Shown here: positions 36,308-47,717 of the stretch, in pieces | How positions within the stretch are numbered: position 1 is the stretch's first letter | Layout of the letters: every line of letters starts with the position of its first letter | From: Tubulanus polymorphus | Lineage: Eukaryota > Animalia > Nemertea | Reading direction: 5' to 3' | Assembly: GCF_964204645.1 (NCBI RefSeq) | Contig: NC_134032.1 | Span: 4,364,175-4,428,174 of the forward strand | Length of the DNA: 64,000 nt | Notes under the pieces: model-generated | What the model was told of the DNA's origin: nothing | What the model saw: only the letters and a program-made list of their open reading frames with translations | The model's database searches: none | Made by a program: the position numbers and the translations under genes

Positions 36308-37046
36308 ACGCCTGATAATACTCAGCTATATAGTTGGTTGTATTAGCTCTAGTAAACATATGTTACCAGCTTATATTTCAATTGTAAAGAGTTAATTAAT
36401 TTCATTGATCTAAATGCCTTTATTATTGATTTTTTTTTCAACTTCAACGCGTTGTGTATACGGCGAACGTAGCAAATCACAAATCTCATAATTTACAAGT
36501 CTCAACACGCTTGTTCTAGATGTTTATACTAGAAAATGATTCTATTTTAACCTATATACATTCAATGTACAGAGCCATAGAATAAATCTATAAATTCGCA
36601 GCTGTTACAGTTGTTACTATAACAACGAGATATTATGACACATCATAATCAGAAACGTGTAGAATATTCTAGAAAGGCGCGCCGGAACTAGATGATGTGG
36701 CATAATCAACAACGTGTCATTCTAGAAATCGCCCCGGAAATGGATATACGCTGTAATATTGTGCTCAGGATATTCTATCTTTCGAAACGAAATTAGGAGT
36801 TTATAGTTTACAATTATAAATCTAAATGTAAGTACTGTTTTTTGTAGTTATTGGGGCTATTAAATATGAAACCTTTAAGTGCTTTTGACAACTACAAATT
36901 CATACAGTTAATTCTATTTTACGTTAGATAGATAATAACTTGAACTATAATAAGTTATAATAATTAGAAACGATAGACTTGAAAATATTTATATCATATA
37001 ATATCGCGGTTCCTGTTCTACCGCTGATATCTTTTAGTTGAATAAA

Positions 37047-37838
37047 ATGTCGTGTGTATCAAGAAGTACTCTTGATTATCAGAGGACAACCGAAATAGAA
37101 GATGAACCAACCGAAATAGAAGATGAACCAACCGAAATAGAAGATGAACCAACCGAAATGGAAGATGAACCAACCGAAATAGAAGATGAACCAACCGAAA
37201 TGGGTGTTGAAGTAAAAGAATCTTTCGATATAGAAGATGAAACGTTAGAAGAAGTTAAAAAACATTTATATTACCATCAAGAAATGACATTAATTTTAGA
37301 AAAAATTATAGAAAACCAGCAATTAAGCGTAACATCATTACCGAAAAGACCAACAACCAATGTAGAAATATTGTTAAGACTAAAAGGAACAAAAACTAAA
37401 AAGAAAATGAGCGGAAATGAGTTAAATAAGTTTTTAAAATCAAAATTATCAAATGAAAAAGATGTAAGTTTTAAAGAAATAGAAGGTATAACATCATTTA
37501 ATGAAATAACTGTTTTATTGAAAAAAAATTATAGAACCTTGTTATTCAAAAAAGCAAAGCATTTATGGGATTATATCATTTTCGGGGATTGTTTAAATAG
37601 GGGATTTTTAATGTTTAATAAACAAACTGCGGGGATTCCTTGGGCTTCTTGGGTTAAAAAATATATAGGTATCAGTGTTGGGTATGAAAGAAAATTAAGG
37701 AGCGTAGGGAGATTAATTACATATAAAAGATTCAAATTATTAAGTTTGTCATTTAGTGAAGTAATCAGATATATGCCAGAAATTGAAAAAATGCTTGTCA
37801 ATGATCCAGAAATTGAAAAGTTCTGGTTGGAATTATAA
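37047..37838 (+). CDS. ~263-aa protein with (TEIEDEP)n acidic repeats and a helical, possibly DNA-binding C-terminal domain; intact only in E2
   Basis: Long ORF; likely ATG at 37047 in TAAAATG context; 21-bp repeats at ~37089-37203; WASWVKKYIGISVGYERKLR is HTH-like (guess). Confidence 0.75.
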   Translation: MSCVSRSTLDYQRTTEIEDEPTEIEDEPTEIEDEPTEMEDEPTEIEDEPTEMGVEVKESFDIEDETLEEVKKHLYYHQEMTLILEKIIENQQLSVTSLPKRPTTNVEILLRLKGTKTKKKMSGNELNKFLKSKLSNEKDVSFKEIEGITSFNEITVLLKKNYRTLLFKKAKHLWDYIIFGDCLNRGFLMFNKQTAGIPWASWVKKYIGISVGYERKLRSVGRLITYKRFKLLSLSFSEVIRYMPEIEKMLVNDPEIEKFWLEL

Positions 37839-37939
37839 ATCAAATTATGTACAACGACTGAACAACTTGTATAATGTATTGTGTAAATCTGTTTGGTGAA
37901 TTTTTATGTTCGGTCGTTTCTATTTCTAGAATGAATATA

Positions 37940-38252
37940 TAATTATGATTAGCGCATGCGCATTGATCAAAAGCGCGCACGAATGCGCGGTTTGCTCAGT
38001 TGTATGATTTAGATATTTCATGTCGGTTGTTTCTATTTACATAATTATATATTCATTATGTAAATATAATTATGATTAGCGCATGCGCATTGATCAAAAG
38101 CGCGCACGAATGCGCGGTTTTACCTAATGTGAACACGTTTTGATATTTTCTGTGTTCGGTCGTTTCTATTTTACAGAATTTACAGAATGAATATATAATT
38201 ATGATTAACGCATGCGCATTAAGCAAAAGCGCTCCTATAAGAGCGGTTTTGC
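37940..38252. promoter_or_regulatory. E2 triple repeat: NRF1-like GCGCATGCGCA plus 16-nt palindrome
   Basis: Palindromes at 37974, 38101 and 38230, each preceded by CGCATGCGCATT; regulatory role is inferred. Confidence 0.6.
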
Positions 38253-38391
38253 CCAGTGGTATTATTTAGATATCAAGGAATCGAAACAACTTATCAAAAG
38301 CAGCGAGGAATGAAAAAGGATGACGTTGATCGAAGAAATGGAAGAGGATTCTAAAATATTAACCAATTTAGTAAAAAAATATGTATAATAA

Positions 38392-39054
38392 ATGGAACCA
38401 GAACAACCACAAACTATCAATATTACAAATAACACTGGCGTTATAAACATATATTACAAGAAATGTTCTAAATGTGAATTAGATAAATCATTAACAGAAT
38501 TTAGTAAGCGTAAGATTAGCAAAGATGGTTTTCAATATTACTGTAAAACTTGCATTAAACTATATACCAAACAATATCGAGAAGATAATAGAGAATCTTA
38601 TAATGATTATATGACAGAATATATGAGAGAAAGATATCAAACAGATCTTAATTTTAGATTGAAACAATGTTTACGGTCTAGATTAACACAATTATTTAAC
38701 AAAGAAACATATTCAGAAACACTATCTAATTTGTTGGGTTGTTCAGATGAATTTCTCAAATCATGGATTATATTTCAATTCGATGATAAAATGAATATAG
38801 ATAATTATGGGGATTATTACCATATTGATCACGTGTTGCCTATTTCTAAATTTGACATGAGTGATGATTATAATAAGAAGCTAATCTGGTGCTGGAAGAA
38901 TTTAAGACCTTTAGAAAAGAAAGAAAATCAAATCAAATCTAATAAAATAGATTTACAGTTATATTTGAATCAACTGGAAAAAGTAAAAAAATTTATTGAA
39001 TTATGGAATTCAACACATAATGAACAATACGTTGAGTCTTTAATGAGTGGTTAA
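38392..39054 (+). CDS. HNH-type endonuclease with Cys4 Zn finger
   Basis: Orthologue of 24523-25200; HIDHVLP...N motif. Confidence 0.85.
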   Translation: MEPEQPQTINITNNTGVINIYYKKCSKCELDKSLTEFSKRKISKDGFQYYCKTCIKLYTKQYREDNRESYNDYMTEYMRERYQTDLNFRLKQCLRSRLTQLFNKETYSETLSNLLGCSDEFLKSWIIFQFDDKMNIDNYGDYYHIDHVLPISKFDMSDDYNKKLIWCWKNLRPLEKKENQIKSNKIDLQLYLNQLEKVKKFIELWNSTHNEQYVESLMSG

Positions 39055-39302
39055 AGAATAATAGATTTTAAATAAAAAGTATTTAAAAAACAATAACTTC
39101 AACTAGCTAGCGAATTCTATTATATTTTTAATATTTTCTTTTCAAAAAGAGAATACTTTATATTTTGAATAGATCCGAATAGAAATTCTTTAAATTCAAA
39201 TAGCTAGTATCAGTAGTCAATACTAGAATTCTTTAACTTTAACTAGCTAGTATCATTTTATAATACTTATAATACTATTCTTATTAAATTTCTCTAATAT
39301 AA

Positions 39303-39911
39303 ATGTCAAAGAAATCTAATAAGAATAGTATTGATATTGAAAAAACATTAGATGATTTAGGTATTAGTGATAATAAGGATACAGTTGTTTCTAATTCTAT
39401 TCAAGTTAATAACAATATAGATTATGAATACTATTTATATTGTAAGCATCATCTAGAACTATTGATTGCGAGTGGAAAAACTAAAGAGTTTATTGGTAAA
39501 ACAATAACTTTTCAAGAATTAGATAATATGAATAAAGAAAAAGTAATAAAATATTTTAAGATTTATGAAGAGTCAAGATTAGCTAGAATAAATGATTCTA
39601 TTTCAGATGGTATTGTCAAATGTTATTCTAAGTTATGTAACCAGTTAATACCAATTGATGATGAAAATAAATTATATAATGATTTGAAAAATGACTATTT
39701 AGTTATGACTGAATTACAAAAATGGGTTGGATATGCTTCATTTCAATTAGGATCGGTTATGACATTAATTTCTACTGGTGTCATAACATTTTCGAACATC
39801 AAACCTATGGAATATAAATCAGGTAAGAACGAAACAGATGACGCTGTACTACAACCAAACGTCGAAACAGAAAATGAATCAGAACAAAAATTAACTAAAA
39901 TAAATGAGTGA
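39303..39911 (+). CDS. Hypothetical protein, 202 aa
   Basis: Orthologue of 23617-24219. Confidence 0.85.
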   Translation: MSKKSNKNSIDIEKTLDDLGISDNKDTVVSNSIQVNNNIDYEYYLYCKHHLELLIASGKTKEFIGKTITFQELDNMNKEKVIKYFKIYEESRLARINDSISDGIVKCYSKLCNQLIPIDDENKLYNDLKNDYLVMTELQKWVGYASFQLGSVMTLISTGVITFSNIKPMEYKSGKNETDDAVLQPNVETENESEQKLTKINE

Positions 39912-40299
39912 TAGCGTTAAGAAGAAGCCTAGATCCGAGAAACAAATTATATGGGCAAGAGAATTAGGTAAAAGATCTTCAGAATTAGAAAAAGCTAAGA
40001 AAAAGAAATTAACTGATATAAATGAATCACAGACTTTATCTGATGGTGCCGTACGGCACCCACACGGTGGTATTGATTCAAATAATAATCCATCTAATTC
40101 TTCTAATGCTGGAAGTAATTATAAATTATATATTACAATTGGATTAGTAACAGTTATTATATTATCTGGTGTAATATATAAATCAAAATTCAAATCTGAT
40201 GATAAAGATGATTCCAATGATGATAAACCTATTATACCAGAAAATAATTCAAATCATAAATCAAATGAAAATAAATCTAAAATATTATTAATGGATTAA
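39904..40299 (+). CDS. 131-aa single-TM protein
   Basis: Orthologue of 23229-23624. Confidence 0.85.
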   Translation: MSDSVKKKPRSEKQIIWARELGKRSSELEKAKKKKLTDINESQTLSDGAVRHPHGGIDSNNNPSNSSNAGSNYKLYITIGLVTVIILSGVIYKSKFKSDDKDDSNDDKPIIPENNSNHKSNENKSKILLMD

Positions 40300-40302
40300 A
40301 AT

Positions 40303-41391
40303 ATGATGAAAAAAGAACAATATTTAAGAGAGTTATATTATAACCCAGAAAGTGAAGTTTCATATTCAAGTGTTTCAGAATTATGGAATAAAATTAAATC
40401 TAATAAAGAAAAAATAAAATATAGTGAATTAAAATCATGGTTACAAAATCAACCCACATATCAAATTCATAAAAAGATGGATAAAAAATATTTAACAAGA
40501 AAAGTAATGGTTTCATATATTGACCAACAATGGCAAGCTGATTTAATTGATATGAAAAACTTAGAAGAATATAACAAAGGATATTTTTGGATACTAAATG
40601 TTATAGATATATTCAGTAGATACGCATGGAGTATCCCGATTAAAAATAAAACTGGTATAGAAGTTACAAATTCTTTCAAATTAATATTTAAAGAAGCTAT
40701 CCCAGATAAAATACAATTTGATGAAGGTAAAGAATTTTATAACAAACATTTAAAAAAACTATTAACTGATAACGATGTAGAATATTTTTCAACACATTCA
40801 GATAAAAAAGCATCTGTTATAGAAAGATTTAATAAAACATTGAAAACTAGAATGTGGAAATATTTCACCGCTAATGAAACATATAAATATATCGATGTGT
40901 TAGATGATTTAGTGAAAGGTTATAATAATTCTAAACATAGTTCTATAAATATGAAACCTATACAAGCTAGAAAAGAAGAAAATTCAGAAATAGTTTGGAA
41001 TAATTTATATGGAGCATTTGTTACACACGATTTTGGAGAACCTAAATTTAAAATAGGACAACATGTTAGAATTTCTAAATATCGAAAAACATTTTATAAA
41101 GGTTATACCCCTAATTTTACTGAAGAAATATTTAAAATTAAAAAGATAATATTAACTAAACCTTTTGTTTATAAATTAGAAGATTTAATAGATGAAGAAA
41201 TATTAGGTTATTTTTATGAACAAGAATTATCATTAGTACCAAATCCAGATGAAATAGAATACAAAATAGAAAAGGTATTGAAAACAAAAACATTACGCGG
41301 TAAGAAATATTCTTTGGTGAAATATAAAGGATATGATGATAAATTTAATGAATGGATTTTATCTAGTAAAATTAAAAGAATAAATGAATAA
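40303..41391 (+). CDS. RVE integrase with chromodomain
   Basis: DDE motifs and chromodomain as in E1. Confidence 0.96.
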   Translation: MMKKEQYLRELYYNPESEVSYSSVSELWNKIKSNKEKIKYSELKSWLQNQPTYQIHKKMDKKYLTRKVMVSYIDQQWQADLIDMKNLEEYNKGYFWILNVIDIFSRYAWSIPIKNKTGIEVTNSFKLIFKEAIPDKIQFDEGKEFYNKHLKKLLTDNDVEYFSTHSDKKASVIERFNKTLKTRMWKYFTANETYKYIDVLDDLVKGYNNSKHSSINMKPIQARKEENSEIVWNNLYGAFVTHDFGEPKFKIGQHVRISKYRKTFYKGYTPNFTEEIFKIKKIILTKPFVYKLEDLIDEEILGYFYEQELSLVPNPDEIEYKIEKVLKTKTLRGKKYSLVKYKGYDDKFNEWILSSKIKRINE

Positions 41392-41995
41392 AGATTTATT
41401 TATATTTGAACCACATAATATGTTAGTTACTGGAGTTACAAATTGTGGTAAAACACACTTCATATTAGACTTGTTAGAAACTATTTATAAAAATCATTTT
41501 GATAATATAATATTATTCTGTCCTACTTATGAAATGAATAAAACGTATAATAGAGATATAGTTAAGATAAAAAAGTTTATTATATTAGACCCTAAAACAG
41601 TAAAAGAAAATTTAGATAATTGTATAAAAATTACATTAGATATTTATAAAGGATCAAATACATTATTTATTATTGATGATTGCGCAAATTTACATGATTC
41701 TAAAATTAGAGAAAGTGAGTTATGTTATCTAGCTTTCTCTGGGAGACATTTTGGGATAACAACTTGGGTTTTAAATCAGAAATATAATTCAATTGTTAAA
41801 GACTTTAGGGAGAATATAAGATTTCTAGTTTTATTTTATAACAAAGATAAAAAATCTATGCAACAATCATTGGAAGAAAATCAAATTATACCTACTGAAT
41901 TACATGATGAATATATGAATAAATTAAAGAATAATAAAGGTTCCAAATTACTTATGAGATTACAATTTCCATATGAATATAAGTTTATAAAATAA
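41384..41995 (+). CDS. A32/FtsK-like packaging ATPase
   Basis: GVTNCGKT, FIIDD, GRH motifs. Confidence 0.95.
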   Translation: MNKDLFIFEPHNMLVTGVTNCGKTHFILDLLETIYKNHFDNIILFCPTYEMNKTYNRDIVKIKKFIILDPKTVKENLDNCIKITLDIYKGSNTLFIIDDCANLHDSKIRESELCYLAFSGRHFGITTWVLNQKYNSIVKDFRENIRFLVLFYNKDKKSMQQSLEENQIIPTELHDEYMNKLKNNKGSKLLMRLQFPYEYKFIK

Positions 41996-42134
41996 CTATT
42001 TGTATACCTATGTATTAGATACCTTAATACCTAATACCCCATTAGATGCCCTAATACCTGATACCCTATTAGATACCTTAAATAATTAAAACCTTTTTTT
42101 ATTTACTATTATTTTATACAATTTTCAACTTTTA

Positions 42135-43061
42135 TTATTCGAGTGTTAGATAATTACTTTCTGAATCACTTTCACTATCAGACGGCCCTAACAACATATT
42201 TAAATGCTCTACCGAATCTTCTTCTAATTTTTCATTATTTTTATACTTATTCTTCACCTTTTTTACCGCATCATCAATAGTTGTTTCATTTTTAAACTTA
42301 TTCATCCTTTCTATTATATCATCAATAGTTACTACTTTATGTTTCATAGAATCTTTATTATCAATATGCTTATCTGTAACTATATCACCATGTGGGTGCT
42401 GTATGGCGGCACCATTTTCATTATTATCTTTATTAGTGTTTGCTCCTAATATTTCATTTACAGTGTTTGATCCTAATATTTCATTAGCATCGGTTAAATC
42501 TAATTCATCGTTATTAGGTGTTGCTAATAATAAATCTTTATATAATTCTTTACCATTTACTTTTTTATTTGAAACAAATTTTGTAACATATCTAAATGGG
42601 TGTTCTATAAATTCTTTTTTGCCAACACGTTCTATAACATTAGTAATATGTGAATTTGTATTCATATGTTTATTCCAATTTGATGGAGCGTTTGAAAATT
42701 CACCATTACAATAACGACAATAATTTCTATTTTCACTAACATCTAATATTATTGCATTATTAGATGTAGAAGGTATTACATTATTTGATGTAGAGGGTAT
42801 TACAGATGTAGTAGGTATTACAGATGTAGTAGGTATTACAGATGTAGTAGTAGGTATTACATTATTATCAATTACACTATTATTAACAACACCACTTTTA
42901 TTATTATTACGTTCAATTAAATATTCTTTGTATTGATTTAATTCATTTAATAAAAATGTTCCAATATATTCATTTATTCTTTTATAAGGTATTATATAAT
43001 ACAAATCATCATTGATTTCTTTATCAGCTTTGATTCTTTCATATACTTTACCTCCTTCCAT
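42135..43061 (-). CDS. 308-aa Zn-finger/PTT-repeat protein
   Basis: Orthologue of 20441-21343 with divergent termini. Confidence 0.85.
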   Translation of the reverse strand: MEGGKVYERIKADKEINDDLYYIIPYKRINEYIGTFLLNELNQYKEYLIERNNNKSGVVNNSVIDNNVIPTTTSVIPTTSVIPTTSVIPSTSNNVIPSTSNNAIILDVSENRNYCRYCNGEFSNAPSNWNKHMNTNSHITNVIERVGKKEFIEHPFRYVTKFVSNKKVNGKELYKDLLLATPNNDELDLTDANEILGSNTVNEILGANTNKDNNENGAAIQHPHGDIVTDKHIDNKDSMKHKVVTIDDIIERMNKFKNETTIDDAVKKVKNKYKNNEKLEEDSVEHLNMLLGPSDSESDSESNYLTLE

Positions 43062-43093
43062 TTATTATATACATTTTTATTAAAGTTAAAATT

Positions 43094-44341
43094 TTAATAC
43101 ATAACACTATCTAATTGTGAATTTACAATATTTAATTGTGCGTCAGATATAATATAAATGTGCATTTTGAAATTTTTGATTCCTTTATTCTTTTTCATGA
43201 ATAATTGTATTCCATCTTTAGTGTTCTGTAGTTTTTTTCCAGAACCATGTAATGAATTATCTTCAGTTGTTCTAAAATCTAACCATAATGCATATTTATT
43301 ACCGGTATAATAATCAATTTGATTAATGTTACAATTTTCAGATGATTTTACTTTTTCATTCATAAAATGTTTTCTAATTTCTGGCCATTGATCAATCATT
43401 CTCATTCCTTGACAGAATATTTTATTCGCTATACCTTCGATAGTTATTTCTACTTTTGTTATTTCAGGATTATAATAATTATCAACATTTATTGCACCAT
43501 TAGTATACGTTCCAATGGTAAAAAATATTAATATACCTTTAATAGATCTTCTAGGAAAGTTAATATTCTCATTTATTATTTCATCATTTGCATTAATAGT
43601 TACAGTTTTAAATTTATCAATATAATCATATAATAATGAAAATCCTTGATTGTATTGAGTTTGAATTATACTTGAAATATTTTCATCAGTTATTGTATCA
43701 TATTCTAAACATATATTCGATAATTTATAACTCATATCTTTATTAACGCTAGATAATACAATTTCATTTACAGGAGCAAATGTTATCTCAAATATAATAT
43801 CTTCTTGAATTGCGTATTTATATAAAGGTGCATTATTATTTATCAATTCAAAATCTAATGGAATTTTATATTTGCTTCCATATATACTTTTTATCAATTT
43901 ATCTACATCATTTGTTAATATTGCGCTATTAGCTTCTGATCTTAATTTATTTTGGTTTTCTGATTGGATGCCTTGAAATATCATATTATTTCTATTTTCT
44001 TTAGTTAACCATAAATCTTTATAATGCATAAATAAATTATAATCATCTAATGAGAAAACTGTTTCCGGACCAATCTTTATAGTTAATTTTTTAATCAAAT
44101 ATCTTCCAACATTATCAACGACATAATTATTATTATTACCGATTACTTTTATATCAGCTGATAAATAAATACTATTTGGAACATAAAAAGTATTTTGTGT
44201 TAATCTAGGAATTCTAACATATAAAGTTTCATCGGGATTAATATTTGAAGGGTTATGAGTAATTATATGATGTGATCTTTCTGCTTTAATAGCATTAGAT
44301 ATTCTAGAAATCTTTGAAGGACTTATATAACTCCCACTCAT
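43094..44341 (-). CDS. Major capsid protein
   Basis: Orthologue of 19161-20408. Confidence 0.8.
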   Translation of the reverse strand: MSGSYISPSKISRISNAIKAERSHHIITHNPSNINPDETLYVRIPRLTQNTFYVPNSIYLSADIKVIGNNNNYVVDNVGRYLIKKLTIKIGPETVFSLDDYNLFMHYKDLWLTKENRNNMIFQGIQSENQNKLRSEANSAILTNDVDKLIKSIYGSKYKIPLDFELINNNAPLYKYAIQEDIIFEITFAPVNEIVLSSVNKDMSYKLSNICLEYDTITDENISSIIQTQYNQGFSLLYDYIDKFKTVTINANDEIINENINFPRRSIKGILIFFTIGTYTNGAINVDNYYNPEITKVEITIEGIANKIFCQGMRMIDQWPEIRKHFMNEKVKSSENCNINQIDYYTGNKYALWLDFRTTEDNSLHGSGKKLQNTKDGIQLFMKKNKGIKNFKMHIYIISDAQLNIVNSQLDSVMY

Positions 44342-44383
44342 TTATTTAACAAAAAAAATTAATTATTAATTTTTAATCATGGT

Positions 44384-45841
44384 TTACTTGATATTTTTTG
44401 ATATCATATTTACTAAACCAAAAATAATAGCACTTACAACTGTAATTAAAAATAAAATAATATGTTCAGCAGCAAAGTTAATAATGTTTCCTGCAGATTT
44501 CAATATAAAACCAACAATTGAAGCAATAACTCCTGGTAAAGCTGCAGCAGATTTCTTTGATAGTTCCCATAAATATTTTGCTAATTTCTTTAAACCATCC
44601 TTAACTTTATCTTGTATAGAATTATTACCTGGAGGTTTATCTGGTTTATTTGGAGTAGGAGTAGATTTCAAAGCATTTGATATTGCTAAACCAATTGTTG
44701 TAAATAACATAGTTACAGATGTTAGAATTGAAAGAATTGTTATTCCTTCTAACTTAAATAATAATTTTATTCTGTCTTTCAATGATATTTCAGAATTTGG
44801 TTTTATCAACAAATCTTTAAAAATAACTTTTAATCTATTAATATTATAATCATATGATTTTAACAATAATTTAATTTCTTCTTTTTGTAATTCTATGTTA
44901 TATTCTAAATCATCTTTTTCTTTTTCTAAATATGCATTTCTTTTTTTAAATTCAATTTCTTCAATAACTTTATTATCTCTATCTAATTTTAATTGTTCTA
45001 TTTCTTTATTTTTATCAGTTAATTCTTTTTCTAAAGTTCTAATTTTAAAATCTCTTATACTTTTATCATGCGCAATTTTATTAGATGCAAGTCTTATACT
45101 AATAATTTCTCTAATTGCTTTATCAGAAAATATATCTAAATCTTCTAATTCTTGATCTGTTGCATCAATTAATCCATTCGGTAAAAGTTTTTCAATTGGA
45201 ACTTTATTTGATTTAAGTTTACTAGTTTTAGAAGTTATATTCTGTTCAGAAGTTGTTTCTGTTTCTAAATTATTATCGATTGTTTCAAATAATTCATTAA
45301 TTCTTTGTTTAAATACTCTTTCATTTTTAATAATTTCTTCTTGTGTTACATCTTCTGTTTCATTACTATTTCTTATTCTTTTAATTCTAGATAGGTCTAA
45401 CTTAAGCAAAGTTGATTCTGCTAATATTTTTTCTTGTTTTTTATAAGAGATATCAATATAATAATCATCTTTCAAATGATAATAATATTCACCATCTAAA
45501 AACTTTAATTCTTGTACTAAAAGTCTAGCGCCTCTGACATTGATATTATATCCAGATTTTTCAAATATAGGTTTGAAATTATAAATATATTCATTATATT
45601 CTAAATTTTGTTTTACTAAATCTGGATTTTCATTTTCAGGATTTATTCTCGATCTAGTTCTTCTATCAAATTCATCTGTTGATTGACCTTTAGAACCACT
45701 ATCTACTAAATTAGAATTATATGCTGATTCATCATCATTATCAATATTAGTTTCTGCATCATTATAATCATCATCAATATATCCTTCATTATTATTTCCC
45801 ATTTCTCCCATTTCATAATCTTCTACACCTTCTACTTCCAT
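44384..45841 (-). CDS. 485-aa coiled-coil/membrane protein with variable middle
   Basis: Orthologue of 17354-19087. Confidence 0.88.
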   Translation of the reverse strand: MEVEGVEDYEMGEMGNNNEGYIDDDYNDAETNIDNDDESAYNSNLVDSGSKGQSTDEFDRRTRSRINPENENPDLVKQNLEYNEYIYNFKPIFEKSGYNINVRGARLLVQELKFLDGEYYYHLKDDYYIDISYKKQEKILAESTLLKLDLSRIKRIRNSNETEDVTQEEIIKNERVFKQRINELFETIDNNLETETTSEQNITSKTSKLKSNKVPIEKLLPNGLIDATDQELEDLDIFSDKAIREIISIRLASNKIAHDKSIRDFKIRTLEKELTDKNKEIEQLKLDRDNKVIEEIEFKKRNAYLEKEKDDLEYNIELQKEEIKLLLKSYDYNINRLKVIFKDLLIKPNSEISLKDRIKLLFKLEGITILSILTSVTMLFTTIGLAISNALKSTPTPNKPDKPPGNNSIQDKVKDGLKKLAKYLWELSKKSAAALPGVIASIVGFILKSAGNIINFAAEHIILFLITVVSAIIFGLVNMISKNIK

Positions 45842-45857
45842 TTACATAATAAAAAAA

Positions 45858-47246
45858 TTAAAATTTAAAATATAATATTCCTCCGATTACAATTCCTATA
45901 CAAGTTATAGCTAATTTAGTATTTTCATGGGATTTATTATCATCATTTAGTTTAATTATATCATGTTGAATTTTATCAGTTTTTATATCTTCTGATGTAT
46001 TGTAATCTTTTATTTTAGAATCATTATCCAATTTAATATTATTAGTTTTAGTTTCAGTTGATTGAATATGTTTTTTATTTTTTTCACCTTCCATTAATTT
46101 TGGAGCAGTAATAATCTTTTTATTTATATCATTTAACCCAAATGAATTATTTATTGTTGCAGTTTTAATTAGATTATTGTAACCAATTATGTTTCCCATC
46201 TTTAATACTAAATCATTAGAAATAATTAATAGATTAGGGCCTATACAATAATTTAGTCTTACATGAGATTTATCTAAATAATTTTGATATCTTATAATGT
46301 TTTCTGGAATCGATCTATTTTTATCATTATGAATTGAATCTTCAAATAAAACTTTAAATTGTTTTTGTGTATCGAATGATGTATTCAAATTTCCAATTAT
46401 CGGTGATCTTGTTTCAACTTGTGATCCTAGAATACAAATCAAATAAGTTCTAATAGATTGATTTATTCTTTCTATACCTGATTTAGTAAAACCTTCACTA
46501 TTTTCTAAAATAAAATAAACCCAACCATTATTGTTTTCTTGTTTTAAATTATCATAAAATTTTGGTAATTTATAGAAATTTAATGTTTCTAAATCCTTTG
46601 TTTCTATTTTACCATAACCTAATTTATTATTATAGATATTATAAAAACTATTAGATGGTATGGGAAGTGCACAATATTCTGCAATCTTTCTAGGGCAAGG
46701 AAGTGATCTCATTGTTCCAATTTTTGTTCTAAAATCAGAATTATTTATATCTATATTAAATTCATTGCAAATTTTATAAAACTTAGATAAATTAATATTA
46801 TTATCTAATTCTTTAAAATATCTAGATCCTGGTAAAGCGCACTCTAATTCATTTAATATTATTCTGATTTGAAAGTATGTATGAAATCTAAATAAACTTT
46901 GAATTAATTTATATTTAGAATTATTCAAATGATCATTCCAACTAATTCCACAACCTGTTGTTGCACAATAAACAGCAAAATTTAATTGATTCTGCCAATA
47001 CTTCATATTAGATTTTAATAACCATTGTTTTTCATCTTTCAATTTTTTAAAATTAATTAAATATACATGAAATATATTTTCCATCTTTGCATTAAAATTA
47101 TTAGTTTCAGTAACATAAATATATAAATCAATTAATGAATTTAAAACTTCATTTCTATATGTAATATCTTTATTAAAATCTATTGCTGGAATATTATATT
47201 TAATTGATTTATTATATTGGAAAGCTTTTGGAAAACTATCTACCAT
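45858..47246 (-). CDS. 462-aa C-terminally anchored protein
   Basis: Orthologue of 15949-17337. Confidence 0.88.
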   Translation of the reverse strand: MVDSFPKAFQYNKSIKYNIPAIDFNKDITYRNEVLNSLIDLYIYVTETNNFNAKMENIFHVYLINFKKLKDEKQWLLKSNMKYWQNQLNFAVYCATTGCGISWNDHLNNSKYKLIQSLFRFHTYFQIRIILNELECALPGSRYFKELDNNINLSKFYKICNEFNIDINNSDFRTKIGTMRSLPCPRKIAEYCALPIPSNSFYNIYNNKLGYGKIETKDLETLNFYKLPKFYDNLKQENNNGWVYFILENSEGFTKSGIERINQSIRTYLICILGSQVETRSPIIGNLNTSFDTQKQFKVLFEDSIHNDKNRSIPENIIRYQNYLDKSHVRLNYCIGPNLLIISNDLVLKMGNIIGYNNLIKTATINNSFGLNDINKKIITAPKLMEGEKNKKHIQSTETKTNNIKLDNDSKIKDYNTSEDIKTDKIQHDIIKLNDDNKSHENTKLAITCIGIVIGGILYFKF

Positions 47247-47263
47247 TTATATAATTAAAAAAA

Positions 47264-47698
47264 TTAATAATTTATTAATTCTTTTAATAATTTATCTTGT
47301 TCTTCAACTGTTATATGACCATTTAAACTTATTATATAATCTAGTGTGTTCTTTAATTTATTAATTTCTTTTATATTAGTTTTAATTTTTTCTTTATTAC
47401 TTTTTATATTTAATTTTGAACTTATACCAGTTAAAACACTTGAACTTAATCCTAACACACCAATTGATATAGCTAAAGGTGTTAATGGGCTGAATATTGC
47501 TAAAAATGTTATTACAGAACTAATTGTAACCGAACCACTTATAATCAAATAATATATAATTTTACTTTTTAAATATTTTTTCTTTTTTATCTTTAAGTCA
47601 CTTTCAAATTCTAATATTTGTTTTTCTAAATATATTTTTAATTTAGTTTTATTTATATCATGAGGAATAATATCAATACTATCAACTTTATCTTCCAT
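47264..47698 (-). CDS. 144-aa two-TM protein
   Basis: Orthologue of 15498-15932. Confidence 0.85.
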   Translation of the reverse strand: MEDKVDSIDIIPHDINKTKLKIYLEKQILEFESDLKIKKKKYLKSKIIYYLIISGSVTISSVITFLAIFSPLTPLAISIGVLGLSSSVLTGISSKLNIKSNKEKIKTNIKEINKLKNTLDYIISLNGHITVEEQDKLLKELINY

Positions 47699-47717
47699 TT
47701 ATTTAGAATAAAAATTA

